A stretch of 64,000 nucleotides of DNA from Anaerohalosphaeraceae bacterium (GTDB taxonomy: Bacteria > Planctomycetota > Phycisphaerae > Sedimentisphaerales > Anaerohalosphaeraceae): the NCBI GenBank assembly GCA_963675525.2, contig CAXXSL010000013.1:416001-480000 (forward strand). The letters are read 5' to 3'. Numbering within the stretch: the stretch's first letter is position 1; each line of letters opens with the position of its first letter. The translations under genes and the position numbers were made by a program. Of the stretch, positions 9,424 to 18,573 are shown piece after piece. The notes under the pieces were generated by a model, which searched no databases, had not been told where the DNA came from, and saw only the letters and a program-made list of their open reading frames with translations.

Positions 9424-10110
9424 TCAGGCGCTAAGTGTTGTTTTCTGCAGGAGGCCGCGGCAACGTTCGCAATTGCAGGCATGAACCTGACGAAGATTGG
9501 AACTTCCGAAAAGGGACTTGCTGTCAACCAATTTTGCACCTTTGGCCAGCATTTTACGTAATGCAACTCCGGCGGCCGTTTTTTCATGTGAACCAAGAGC
9601 GTCAGTAATCACCGTTACGGGTTTTTGGCGAAGCAGTAAGCCCAATACGGTGTGAAGTACCGCTGTTTCTACGGGGCCTCCGATTACCACAAATTCAGAG
9701 GCCTTTGTTTCGGTCAGAACCCTCTCGGCACGAGGCTCTTCAAAGGGATCATCCGTTCGTTTGCATAGAATAATCTGGTCATAATCGCGCAGCAATTCAC
9801 GGGGTAAGTCAGTGCTGTCCCCCGATTCGAAAACAACATGCCGATTCCGCAGGGTATAATGAAGCTTACAGATCCCATCCGTACCGGCAATACAGAAGTC
9901 GCCATTGTGACCGTCAGGGAAATGAACCTGTGCTGTCGAAATAACCCGAACATGGTCTCGACGGGCCCATGCCATGACCCGGCGGATATTGGTCAAGACA
10001 CGTCGATGATTACGAATACAGGCTTTTCCATCTGCCAGGAACAGATCGTTCTGGGTATCCACATCTATCAGAATACGCTTCTTTCGTAATGTTATGATTG
10101 GTCTAATCAT
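9424..10110 (-). CDS. Isochorismatase/nicotinamidase-fold protein lacking the catalytic Cys
   Basis: IDVDTQND (Asp) and LCKR (Lys) present; GGPVETAVLHT where family members have GxxTxxCV; C-terminal CNCERC. Start set at ATG 10110 because the sigma28-like -10 lies only ~5 nt upstream of the ATG at 10197. Confidence 0.75.
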   Translation of the reverse strand: MIRPIITLRKKRILIDVDTQNDLFLADGKACIRNHRRVLTNIRRVMAWARRDHVRVISTAQVHFPDGHNGDFCIAGTDGICKLHYTLRNRHVVFESGDSTDLPRELLRDYDQIILCKRTDDPFEEPRAERVLTETKASEFVVIGGPVETAVLHTVLGLLLRQKPVTVITDALGSHEKTAAGVALRKMLAKGAKLVDSKSLFGSSNLRQVHACNCERCRGLLQKTTLSA

Positions 10111-10201
10111 TTCCGGTTCGTCATATAATTTAATTGGAATTTTAATCGCTTCCATGCTATTAAATACGTCCGTGAACCGCATTAGTTCTAGGTTCATTTT
10201 C

Positions 10202-10229
10202 GTATCGAACAGAAGAGTCCTTGACTTAA
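10202..10229 (-). promoter_or_regulatory. sigma28-like promoter of the isochorismatase-like gene
   Basis: Minus strand (T)TAAG-N15-TTCGATAC. Confidence 0.55.
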
Positions 10230-10302
10230 TCAGATTTTCCCGGCAAAATGGGTTGTTCCGATAATAGTTTTGTTTTTTTATTTGGCCGGCACATTTAATT
10301 CA

Positions 10303-10935
10303 ATGCTTGAAAAAAATAATATAACGAGTTTCAACGCCGCGATTTCACCCAATGGCTTGGAGGGCTGGATCGATTTTGAGTCCATTTGGGAGCAAATTGC
10401 CCCTGTCGAAATGGAAATAGGGTCCGGCAAAGGCACTTTTCTTGTTGAACAGGCAAAAATGTTTCCCAGAATCAATTTTTTAGGCATCGAATGGGCAAAC
10501 AAATTTTATAAATACGCCGTAGATAGAATGGAACGATGGGGGTTATCCAATGTACGCGTTCTTCGCACAGACGCAGCAATCTTCATCAAAGAGCATATTC
10601 CCGACGCTTCGATACAGACGTTTCATTTGTATTTCCCTGATCCATGGCCCAAAAAGAAGCATCATAAACGCCGCTTTTTCTGTGACGACAATCTTGCCGA
10701 GATTTACCGAATTTTGAAACCGGACGGAATCATTAATATCGCCACGGACCATGAAAACTATTATGAGCAAATGACGGAGGTCGCGGGTAAGGCTATTGGG
10801 GCCGGTTTATTTAAAGAAATCCCCTTCATCCGCCCTGCCGGGGCAAAAGAGGGAGAGCTCGTTGGGACGAATTACGAACGAAAATACCTTAAAGAGGGAC
10901 GGCTAACCTATACGCTGTCGCTGCGAAAAAAATGA
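10303..10935 (+). CDS. trmB: tRNA (guanine-N7)-methyltransferase
   Basis: EIGSGKG, FLGIE, FPDPWPKKKHHKRR, ATD, TNYERK; ATG 10303 preferred over TTG 10270. Confidence 0.95.
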   Translation: MLEKNNITSFNAAISPNGLEGWIDFESIWEQIAPVEMEIGSGKGTFLVEQAKMFPRINFLGIEWANKFYKYAVDRMERWGLSNVRVLRTDAAIFIKEHIPDASIQTFHLYFPDPWPKKKHHKRRFFCDDNLAEIYRILKPDGIINIATDHENYYEQMTEVAGKAIGAGLFKEIPFIRPAGAKEGELVGTNYERKYLKEGRLTYTLSLRKK

Positions 10936-11663
10936 ACCAAGCAACCCTTGACATCCATACATACCAGACAATCCTTGAAGACCACAGGGATGCTTTTGGG
11001 CTTTTTGAAGAACTTCTGATCGACGAAAACAAGAAATTCAACCTGACACGGATTACATCGCCTCAGCAGGTGCGAACACGTCATTTTCTCGATTCGCTGG
11101 CGGGGCTTTGTGTACTGGATGGACTTGCAAAAGAACTTCAAAAACCACTGCGAATCTTGGATATAGGCTCAGGAGCGGGATTTCCGGGATTGGTGTTAGC
11201 ACTGGCTCGTCCGGACTGGTCGGTCGTATCACTGGAAGCGACCGAAAAAAAGGCCCGTTTCCAGCAAGCAGTTTATACGGCGCTAGGCCTTAACAATGTC
11301 AAAATTATCCACGGGCGGGCCGAAGAGTTGGCACATCAACCGCCCTTTCGCGAACAATTTGATGCAGTAACCGCACGGGCTGTGGCGGGCATGGCGACGC
11401 TGGTAGAGGTGACCCTTGGTTTTTCATGTAAAAGCGGTCTTGCGGTTTTCTGGAAAGGCCCGAATAGTGCTGCCGAAGCCGCCGATGCCGAAGTCGCAAT
11501 CAAACAAATGGGCGCCCATCTCGACAAAATCATCTCATACACGCTTGAGGATGAAACACAAGGAGCCCTTAATTTTTCACTGGTCGTCTGCCGAAAAATA
11601 AAACCGACTCCCCAAAAATACCCACGCGCATTCGGACTGATCATAAAAAAAACCCTAAAATGA
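10932..11663 (+). CDS. rsmG: 16S rRNA m7G527 methyltransferase
   Basis: FNLTRI, HFLDSL, LDIGSGAGFPG, GRAEE, TARAVA, KYPR. Confidence 0.95.
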   Translation: MNQATLDIHTYQTILEDHRDAFGLFEELLIDENKKFNLTRITSPQQVRTRHFLDSLAGLCVLDGLAKELQKPLRILDIGSGAGFPGLVLALARPDWSVVSLEATEKKARFQQAVYTALGLNNVKIIHGRAEELAHQPPFREQFDAVTARAVAGMATLVEVTLGFSCKSGLAVFWKGPNSAAEAADAEVAIKQMGAHLDKIISYTLEDETQGALNFSLVVCRKIKPTPQKYPRAFGLIIKKTLK

Positions 11664-12010
11664 CAGAGGAAGCCATGAGTGACAAAAAAGCTTTTGTTGT
11701 AGCAATCAATGACAAAAAAGAATATCAGCGCCTCATTCCGGGCACACCGGAAACATACGGCATGAAATCCGGGCGCGTTTACCTGGAACCGGGCTGCGAA
11801 TGCGGCGTTCACAGTACCGAAGACAAAGAAGAACAACTTGTCTTTTTAGCCGGACATGGAACAGCAATCATTGGCGAAGAAGACATGGAAATCGGCATCG
11901 GAAACATCTGCTATATACCGCCGCAAACGGCGCACAACATCCTCAATACCGGTACTGATCCGCTTGTTTATATCTTCTGCGTAGCGCCTGTTCAATATAA
12001 TGCATCTTGA
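11660..12010 (+). CDS. Cupin-2 domain protein
   Basis: LEPG..GVHSTEDKEE.L.FLAGHG and YIPPQTAHNILNTG cupin motifs. Confidence 0.85.
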   Translation: MTEEAMSDKKAFVVAINDKKEYQRLIPGTPETYGMKSGRVYLEPGCECGVHSTEDKEEQLVFLAGHGTAIIGEEDMEIGIGNICYIPPQTAHNILNTGTDPLVYIFCVAPVQYNAS

Positions 12011-12166
12011 CAGTGAGGCTTTCCGGATAATATGGAACAGATGTATATATCAAGAATCGAGTCTTGCGAGGGCATTGGATAAAAAGATGCAGATTGCTTT
12101 AGAAGTGAAAACTGTTCTAAAAGCCGATTTGCTCTCCACCGTATACGAGAAATCCGCCTGTGCGCT

Positions 12167-12526
12167 TTACTGAGCTACGACTCTCCAGCTCTGATTCAGC
12201 TCTTCCAGCAAATTAATCACTTCGTCAATTTTTTGAACGTTACAATGCAGATTTGCCTGGCTCAGATGCCGATGCATAAAAAGGTATAAACTCCGCAGGT
12301 TCTTTGCGATCTCCCCGCCATTGTCCATATCCAAAACGGCATTCAGTTCGTCGATAACATCCTGAGCTCTCGTGATATAGGTATTCTTTCCGGCGAAATC
12401 TTTTTCTTCAATTGCCTTCTTTGCCATATTGAGGAACTTCACAGCGCCCTCATACAGCATCACCACAAGCCGCTCTTTGCTTTGCGTTGTAACTGAATTT
12501 TCTTTATATGCAGAAAGTATGTTCAT
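12167..12526 (-). CDS. fliS: Flagellin export chaperone
   Basis: AYKENSVTT, LVVMLYEGA, GGEIAKNLRSLY, terminal W; directly downstream of flagellin. Confidence 0.95.
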   Translation of the reverse strand: MNILSAYKENSVTTQSKERLVVMLYEGAVKFLNMAKKAIEEKDFAGKNTYITRAQDVIDELNAVLDMDNGGEIAKNLRSLYLFMHRHLSQANLHCNVQKIDEVINLLEELNQSWRVVAQ

Positions 12527-12576
12527 GGCCCCTACCGCTCCCGACCAAACTGTCTGAGTTCAAAATAGTTTTTGAA

Positions 12577-12618
12577 AACCGGCAGATGGTGTCTTCTATC
12601 CGTAGCCATCTGCCGGTT
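12577..12618 (-). terminator. Stem-loop/terminator between fliC and fliS
   Basis: AACCGGCAGATGG...CCATCTGCCGGTT 13-bp stem followed by T-rich sequence on the minus strand. Confidence 0.7.
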
Positions 12619-12649
12619 AATCTCTGTTAAATACATCCCTCTTGTTATA

Positions 12650-13465
12650 CTACCGGAGCAGCGAAAGCGCCATCTGGGGTACTGTGTTCGCTTGAGCAAG
12701 CATCGAGATACCTGCCTGAGACAGTACCTGTGCACTTGTGAATCGAGCCATTTCAGTTGCCATGTCGACATCTGAAATACGGCTTTCGGCAACCTGAAGG
12801 TTTTCGGCCTGAATATCGACAACCGAAATGGTGCTTTCCAGACGGTTCATGCTGGAACCAAATGTCGCACGGGCTGCATCCTTTGTTTCAATCGCGGTTT
12901 CGATCACTGCCAGAGCAAGAATTGCATTCGCAGCAGTATCAAGCTGGGCACCAGCCGCATCCACAGCCAGCGTTGCTGAGGTCATATCAACCGCATCAAC
13001 ATCAATTGTCGTTGCCGTACCCACATGGATCGCAACGGTCGTCGCGGCGTTATCGAGCAGCGAAATACCATTGAATGTTGTGGCTTCTGTGATTCGGTCA
13101 ATTTCAGCGGCCAATTCAACAAACTCAGCATCCATCAATGCACGCTGGTCATCTGAATAGGAGCCCGTTGCAGACTGCTCAGCCAGTTCTTTCATACGAA
13201 CAAGAATGTCATCAATCGTAGCCATTGCACCTTCCATTGTCTGGAGCATGCTGATACCATCCTGTGCGTTACGGGAGCCTTGCCGTAAAACAGCAATTTC
13301 GGCTCGCATTGCTTCACGGACTGCCAGGCCGGCAGCATCATCTTTAGCACTATTGATGCGAAGACCTGACGACAGCTTTTCAATCGAACCTGCAAGGGCG
13401 TCATAGCTTTTGCCGAGATTCCTTGCTGCATTACCTGCCATTAAATTATTTTTGACTGCTAACAT
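12650..13465 (-). CDS. fliC: Flagellin (short, D0/D1 only)
   Basis: KLSSGLRINSAKDDAAGLAV, NAQDGISMLQT, ESRISDVDMATEM, QAGISMLAQAN. Confidence 0.97.
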   Translation of the reverse strand: MLAVKNNLMAGNAARNLGKSYDALAGSIEKLSSGLRINSAKDDAAGLAVREAMRAEIAVLRQGSRNAQDGISMLQTMEGAMATIDDILVRMKELAEQSATGSYSDDQRALMDAEFVELAAEIDRITEATTFNGISLLDNAATTVAIHVGTATTIDVDAVDMTSATLAVDAAGAQLDTAANAILALAVIETAIETKDAARATFGSSMNRLESTISVVDIQAENLQVAESRISDVDMATEMARFTSAQVLSQAGISMLAQANTVPQMALSLLR

Positions 13466-13575
13466 CTTGATACTCCTAAAAAAAACTGTTTCGTCTGTCT
13501 ATATCCTTATATTTTCAGTGTTTCACCACATGCCCCAAGCACATGAGAACTCGCTGTCTTCCTGACACTCTTACT

Positions 13576-13602
13576 TTATCGAGGATTATTTTGTTTTCTT
13601 AA
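13576..13602 (-). promoter_or_regulatory. sigma28 promoter of fliC
   Basis: Minus strand TTAA-N15-CTCGATAA about 110 nt upstream of the flagellin ATG. Confidence 0.8.
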
Positions 13603-13829
13603 GGGTAAATAACCCTAAATTCTGCACTCTGAGGCGGCGCCTATAAAAGCAGAAAAATTTGACTGACAGAGTCGATAAAATGGGATTATTTGAAGAAAAA
13701 AGATGAAATTTTGAAATTTTGTATAAATCCAGAGCTTATTTGGCTGCTCTGAGACTCCGAATTAGTCTTGTCTTTTCAGAAATGAACGGTATATCCCAAT
13801 GTATCCCTGTTTCCTGGAAAATTAACGCT

Positions 13830-15452
13830 TTAGGCAAACAGGTCAATGGATTCGCCATAAAACCCTCCGGAGAGGTTTATCCTGTTATTAACCGGATTTC
13901 CGACAACCGGAACAATGGATTTATAATCGGATTTCTGAGACCGAGTCGGTCGGTCCAAATCCGGATCTGTGTGTTGTTGGGCAAACTGACGGCCTTGCTC
14001 TGCAAATGACTGGTCAAGCAATTGGTCGGATACGGTAAGTTGTTTAACATCAACACCGGCATTCCGGATATCATGGATTAAACCCGGCATCAGGGCCTGA
14101 ATCTGCTGCCTCGTCGCTAACTGTGATACTTCGATAATTCCAACAACTTCATCCTGCTGGTCTTCAAATGTAATCCTGATCTGGCCCAACTCCTTTGGAT
14201 TGAGCTGAATCCGTAACTGATTATCAGACAAATCCGCCGAGCGGATCGAATCCGTCAACTGTTTGGTAATCACATCGGCAGTTGAAAGCTGAAGTTTTGC
14301 TTGACCGTCAGTCGTAGATACCTCGATCTTTCCAAAAGCATCCATCCAGTTCTCCTGAAATTCACCGGCAGCAGACTGGTTTGACGGCAGCACTTTTGTG
14401 TCAGAGTGAGCTAATTCCTTAATCTCAAATGGGTTTTGCAACGGACCCTCAACGACTGAGGTCACATCTTTCCCGCTCGCCAGATAATCCGGCATTGGTA
14501 TAAAGGTCTGAGAATCAGGGGTCGGTATGGCCGCCTGAACCGGCAAATCAGGCTGATTAGGGTTCGATATGGCCGCCTGAACCGGCAAATCAGGCTGATT
14601 AGGGTTTGGTATGGCCGCCTGAAACGGCAAGGAGGGTTGGCCACCCTGTGGATAGGACATTTGAGACATATTCCAGTGTTTGGGCACATTCGGCAAGTCT
14701 TGTGTTATTGTAGCGCCATTATCACAAAGATTCGGTAAATTAGAAAATGGATTGGTAAGATGTCTGTTTTGAACTACCTGCGTCTCCGGAAGGTTATTTT
14801 CAGGTAAGATGTGAACTTCCGCTGTCGACATCTCCTCCATAACCAATTTTTCGGTGTTTTGTATATCAGGAACCGGCAATTCGGATACGGATGAAAGAAT
14901 GGACAAAATCGCTTCATTTGACTTGTCCGCAACACTGCTTTGGGGAAGATCGTCAATTTGCTTGGCATCCGTTTGCGTATCGATACTCTCGGCCAAGGGA
15001 ACTGTTTCCGCAGATTCCGCAACCTGAAGTACTCGATCAGCCAATTCAATAACTTCATCATTTCTTTGACCAACAACCACTCGGACCTGTTTCCTGCCCT
15101 CAATCAGGCTTGGGATGATCGACTCAGAAGGACGGACGAAAAGGTTTTCGGGGACAGACGCTTCATCTTTGCTTTGAACCAATATATCATCACTCACTTT
15201 TTGCGTATAATTTATCGTATTATCTGGGGAAAACTGCATTTGGGGGTTTGCCTTTTTCGTTAATACCTCATTGAAGCTCAAAACTCGCTTATCGACGTCT
15301 GTCAAGTCATTCAGTTCCGATGGCGCTTTCAGCGTAGTGCCGTCCACAAAAATCATATCGTATATACTTACAGGAGCATTAGAGAAAACCGCCCCTTCCC
15401 GAGACCCTTTTTGCGGCGAGTCGCTGCCTAGTTTTTGCACATTAATCGTCAT
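13830..15452 (-). CDS. fliK: Flagellar hook-length control protein
   Basis: Low-complexity, Pro/Gln/Asp-rich body plus C-terminal LRIQLNPKELGQIRI (T3S4/Flg_hook) domain; start at ATG 15452 because the sigma54 promoter places +1 near 15456. Confidence 0.85.
   Translation of the reverse strand: MTINVQKLGSDSPQKGSREGAVFSNAPVSIYDMIFVDGTTLKAPSELNDLTDVDKRVLSFNEVLTKKANPQMQFSPDNTINYTQKVSDDILVQSKDEASVPENLFVRPSESIIPSLIEGRKQVRVVVGQRNDEVIELADRVLQVAESAETVPLAESIDTQTDAKQIDDLPQSSVADKSNEAILSILSSVSELPVPDIQNTEKLVMEEMSTAEVHILPENNLPETQVVQNRHLTNPFSNLPNLCDNGATITQDLPNVPKHWNMSQMSYPQGGQPSLPFQAAIPNPNQPDLPVQAAISNPNQPDLPVQAAIPTPDSQTFIPMPDYLASGKDVTSVVEGPLQNPFEIKELAHSDTKVLPSNQSAAGEFQENWMDAFGKIEVSTTDGQAKLQLSTADVITKQLTDSIRSADLSDNQLRIQLNPKELGQIRITFEDQQDEVVGIIEVSQLATRQQIQALMPGLIHDIRNAGVDVKQLTVSDQLLDQSFAEQGRQFAQQHTDPDLDRPTRSQKSDYKSIVPVVGNPVNNRINLSGGFYGESIDLFA
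14524..14630. repeat. 42-bp in-frame tandem repeat (~2.5 copies) in fliK
   Basis: TATGGCCGCCTGAACCGGCAAATCAGGCTGATTAGGGTT-type unit starting at 14526, 14568 and 14610; encodes NPNQPDLPVQAAI(S/P). Confidence 0.9.
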
Positions 15453-15466
15453 ATCATCCAAAATTA

Positions 15467-15483
15467 AGCAAAAACTATACCAG
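15467..15483 (-). promoter_or_regulatory. sigma54 -24/-12 promoter of fliK
   Basis: CTGGTAT-AGTTT-TTGCT, GG-N10-GC. Confidence 0.8.
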
Positions 15484-15837
15484 AATATATCCGTCCACCT
15501 CTTGATTTTTCCTTTATCTACTTATTTTACATAGACTTATGTCTTTTACAGTTATTTCTGATTCTTTTTTTAACATACTTTTTAAATTGTTTATTCGCAA
15601 TAAATATGCCCTAAAATGGAAAATTTTTCCTGTTTTTTGCCTACTGGGCCGCATTGATGAGAAAATTTCAGCCTCTCTCAGCCAAAATGAATTGTCTGTC
15701 AATCAGTTCTATTTTTTAACGATTCTGTTCAGAATCCTAACGTCCGAAAAGACCATAATACGGACGAAGCTTTATGATAAAGCCTGAAATAAGCTGAAAA
15801 TGCATATTTACAGTAAAAACGAGTCTTTTATTTCACG

Positions 15838-15854
15838 CTGGTATGTTTTTTGCT
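15838..15854 (+). promoter_or_regulatory. sigma54 -24/-12 promoter of the flgB operon
   Basis: CTGGTAT-GTTTT-TTGCT, GG-N10-GC. Confidence 0.85.
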
Positions 15855-15904
15855 CAATTACTTAAAGGCAACCTTCTACAGAAAAGAAAGGCCGGCAAAC
15901 GAAG

Positions 15905-16261
15905 ATGAATAAGGTAAGTGATATTACAGATTTGCTCCAAGCAGGGATACAAGCTGAAAGCCTGCAACAGCAGGCTATCAGCAGTAATGTCGCCAATTTA
16001 AACACTCCCAGATACCGGACCGTCGAAGTCGTGTTTGAAGACGCTCTTGCTAAAGCTATGAATGCTGATGGAACAGTCCGTGCAGACCAATTTGAGCCGG
16101 AAATCGTCGAATCTCATTCAACGCCTGTTAAGGCTGACGGCAATGACGTCAATCTTGAAAATGAAATCGGCAAAATGATTGAAAACTCTCTGAAGCATTC
16201 AACTTATATCCGGCTTTTGCGACAGAAATACAATCAAGTTGATCTTGCAATCAAAATATAA
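15905..16261 (+). CDS. flgB: Flagellar basal-body rod protein
   Basis: ISSNVANLNTPRY, DGNDVNLENE. Confidence 0.93.
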   Translation: MNKVSDITDLLQAGIQAESLQQQAISSNVANLNTPRYRTVEVVFEDALAKAMNADGTVRADQFEPEIVESHSTPVKADGNDVNLENEIGKMIENSLKHSTYIRLLRQKYNQVDLAIKI

Positions 16262-16293
16262 CATAGGAATTCTCCCAAGTGGAGCGAGAAAAA

Positions 16294-16695
16294 ATGGAAG
16301 TAAACGGATTTGGTTCTATTGATATCGCAGTCAGCGGTCTCCGCGCCCAACTCAAGAACATGGAAGTCATTTCTTCCAATGTCGCCAACGCACGAACCAC
16401 GGATGCGGGCGAAGGTACACCCTATCGGCGACTGGAAACTGTTCTCAAAAGCGCACAAGACGGAATCAGTCCGGTGGAGATTGGCGACATTGTTAAGGAC
16501 CAAAGTGATTTTCAGGAATTGTATGATCCAAACAATCCGCTGGCAAACGAACAGGGTTATGTTCAAATGCCGAATATCAATCTGCCCATCGAAATGATGA
16601 ATTTGAATCTGGCATCGCGTTCTTACCAAGCAAACGCAGCGGTTTTGAAACGCTATCAAAAAATGGTTGAAACCACATTAGAGTTGTTAAAGTAA
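16294..16695 (+). CDS. flgC: Flagellar basal-body rod protein
   Basis: SGLRAQ..MEVISSNVANA, PYRR, YDPNNPLAN..GYVQMPNI, SRSYQAN. Confidence 0.95.
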   Translation: MEVNGFGSIDIAVSGLRAQLKNMEVISSNVANARTTDAGEGTPYRRLETVLKSAQDGISPVEIGDIVKDQSDFQELYDPNNPLANEQGYVQMPNINLPIEMMNLNLASRSYQANAAVLKRYQKMVETTLELLK

Positions 16696-16712
16696 CCTGA
16701 AAGGGATCGTCA

Positions 16713-17024
16713 ATGATACAATTTAATCCCGCAATAAATAATATAAATGCCATTGCCCCCTCAACACAACAGCCCCTGAAAACAGGGGACTCCAAAGGAA
16801 ACTTTTCGGATGCTATCAAAGCCGCCGAGTCATGCATGGAAAAAGTCAACCAGCAACAAACGAACGTTGACACTTCGGTTCAGGATCTTTTGTCGGGCAA
16901 AACCAATGATATTACTTCCGTGGTTGCCGAAGCCGCCAAAGCTGATATGAGTTTTAAACTGTTGGTGGGTGTTCGCAACAAATTGATCGAAGCCTACAAA
17001 CAAACAATGAACATGCAGATTTGA
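16713..17024 (+). CDS. fliE: Hook-basal body complex protein
   Basis: KADMSFKLLVGVRNKLIEAYKQTMNMQI. Confidence 0.95.
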   Translation: MIQFNPAINNINAIAPSTQQPLKTGDSKGNFSDAIKAAESCMEKVNQQQTNVDTSVQDLLSGKTNDITSVVAEAAKADMSFKLLVGVRNKLIEAYKQTMNMQI

Positions 17025-17055
17025 GACAGCAGACATCGAGATGGCTTAACATACT

Positions 17056-18570
17056 ATGGATCTAATTAATAAACTCAATTTAATCTGGCAAAAAATCGGT
17101 ATCATTCAGCGTGCGATGCTTGTAACGGTCCTGTTGACCTTCGTTGCGGCCGCAGTCTTTGTCGCTCATTGGTCCCAAAAACCCGACTTGACTTTACTGT
17201 ATTCGAATCTTAACCCGGAAGAAGCCGGTAAAATCACCGAAAAAATCGCCGAACAGGGAATCGCTTACGAATTAAAAGCCGGCGGCACAAGCGTCTATGC
17301 CCCGCGTAATAAAATCGCTGAGCTGCGGCTCATGATGGCCCGGGAAGGTCTTCCCGAAGGTTCGCAAAAGGGATATAAAATCTTTGACGATGAAAAGATC
17401 GGCATTAGTCCCCTGGTTCAGAATGTTAATCTGAAACGGGCGCTGCAGGACGAGTTAGCCAAAAGCATTCAAACCATCGATGGTGTTGAATATGCACGGG
17501 TTCACATCGTTGAAGCCCGGCAAACTTTTCTGAGACCAGACAGCTCAGAAACCACCGCTTCGGTCGTCATCAAACTGAAAGCAGGTTACATTTTATCTTC
17601 AGCCAATATCGCAGCTATCAGCCACCTTGTCGCCGGCGGCGTCTCGGGGCTCAAAAGCGAAAATGTCACCCTCGTGGATTCAAACGGACGGCTGCTGTCA
17701 TCCAATAGCGATAACTCTCTGGATACGGGAACCGGATCGATACACGATTATAAAGATCGCGTCGAACAAAGCCTTGCCAATAAGGCTGAGCAAATGCTCA
17801 TCAGTGTTCTGGGGCCTGGACGTGCTAGTGTCCGCGTCAGTGCTACCATCAACTTGACCTCTTCCAGCACTGTCACAGAGCGTTACGACCCCAGCGGCAA
17901 AGTTCCAATTAAAGAAGAGATTAAAACACTCACAGAAAAAGAAGGTGCCGGGGATCCTTCATCGGACGAACAGGCCGGAGGCGGCAATGAAAAGACCGAC
18001 AAAGTTATCCTTACCGAATTCCTTGTCGGAAAAACCATTGAGCAAAAATCCGAACTGGCGGGAAATATCGAATCACTGGCAGTTGCGGCTTTTGTCGACC
18101 TCTCATCGCCGGAACCGGCGGAGGGAGCAGAGTCAGCGGCGCCGGCCGGAGAGATGATGCAAATTGCTGATGTTGAAACAATTATTCGCAATGCCCTGGG
18201 GTTGAAGGAAAGCGATTCTTTAAAAGTCGTGAATACACGATTTAACCGCCCCGACGAAATTGTCGTCGACACAGCGGAACCTAAATGGCAACTTTATATG
18301 GACATCGCAAAACAAGGCTCACTGGGACTAATGGCCATTTGTTCCATCATCGTCCTGAAAATATTCACGCGGTCACCGAAACCCGGTTCGGACGCCGTCA
18401 ACTCACAACAGCTTTCAACGTCTGTCAATCAGACGAACTTGTTATCCGCCGGCACGGGACAAAGCGAACAGATGATGCTTCTGCGGCAGCAGATCACCAG
18501 CGCCATGCAGAGCAACCCGGAACGAGCCAAACAATTATTTAACAGCTGGATCAGCCAAAAAGGAGCTTAG
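17056..18570 (+). CDS. fliF: MS-ring protein
   Basis: Two TMs, LYSNLNPEEAG, RALQDELAKSI, ARVHI, TASVVIKL, ENVTLVDSNGRLL. Confidence 0.95.
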   Translation: MDLINKLNLIWQKIGIIQRAMLVTVLLTFVAAAVFVAHWSQKPDLTLLYSNLNPEEAGKITEKIAEQGIAYELKAGGTSVYAPRNKIAELRLMMAREGLPEGSQKGYKIFDDEKIGISPLVQNVNLKRALQDELAKSIQTIDGVEYARVHIVEARQTFLRPDSSETTASVVIKLKAGYILSSANIAAISHLVAGGVSGLKSENVTLVDSNGRLLSSNSDNSLDTGTGSIHDYKDRVEQSLANKAEQMLISVLGPGRASVRVSATINLTSSSTVTERYDPSGKVPIKEEIKTLTEKEGAGDPSSDEQAGGGNEKTDKVILTEFLVGKTIEQKSELAGNIESLAVAAFVDLSSPEPAEGAESAAPAGEMMQIADVETIIRNALGLKESDSLKVVNTRFNRPDEIVVDTAEPKWQLYMDIAKQGSLGLMAICSIIVLKIFTRSPKPGSDAVNSQQLSTSVNQTNLLSAGTGQSEQMMLLRQQITSAMQSNPERAKQLFNSWISQKGA

Positions 18571-18573
18571 ATT

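Noticed and set aside
13652..13678. Plus-strand GAAA-N15-GTCGATAA sigma28-like site antisense to fliK
   Set aside because: Weak -35 and no downstream gene or terminator to support a transcript.
14524..14630. CRISPR array
   Set aside because: Contiguous in-frame repeats with no unique spacers and no cas genes.
15514..15787. Short ORFs between fliK and flgB, and 44876..45088 upstream of flgD
   Set aside because: AT-rich promoter/enhancer DNA with no RBS or protein-like features.
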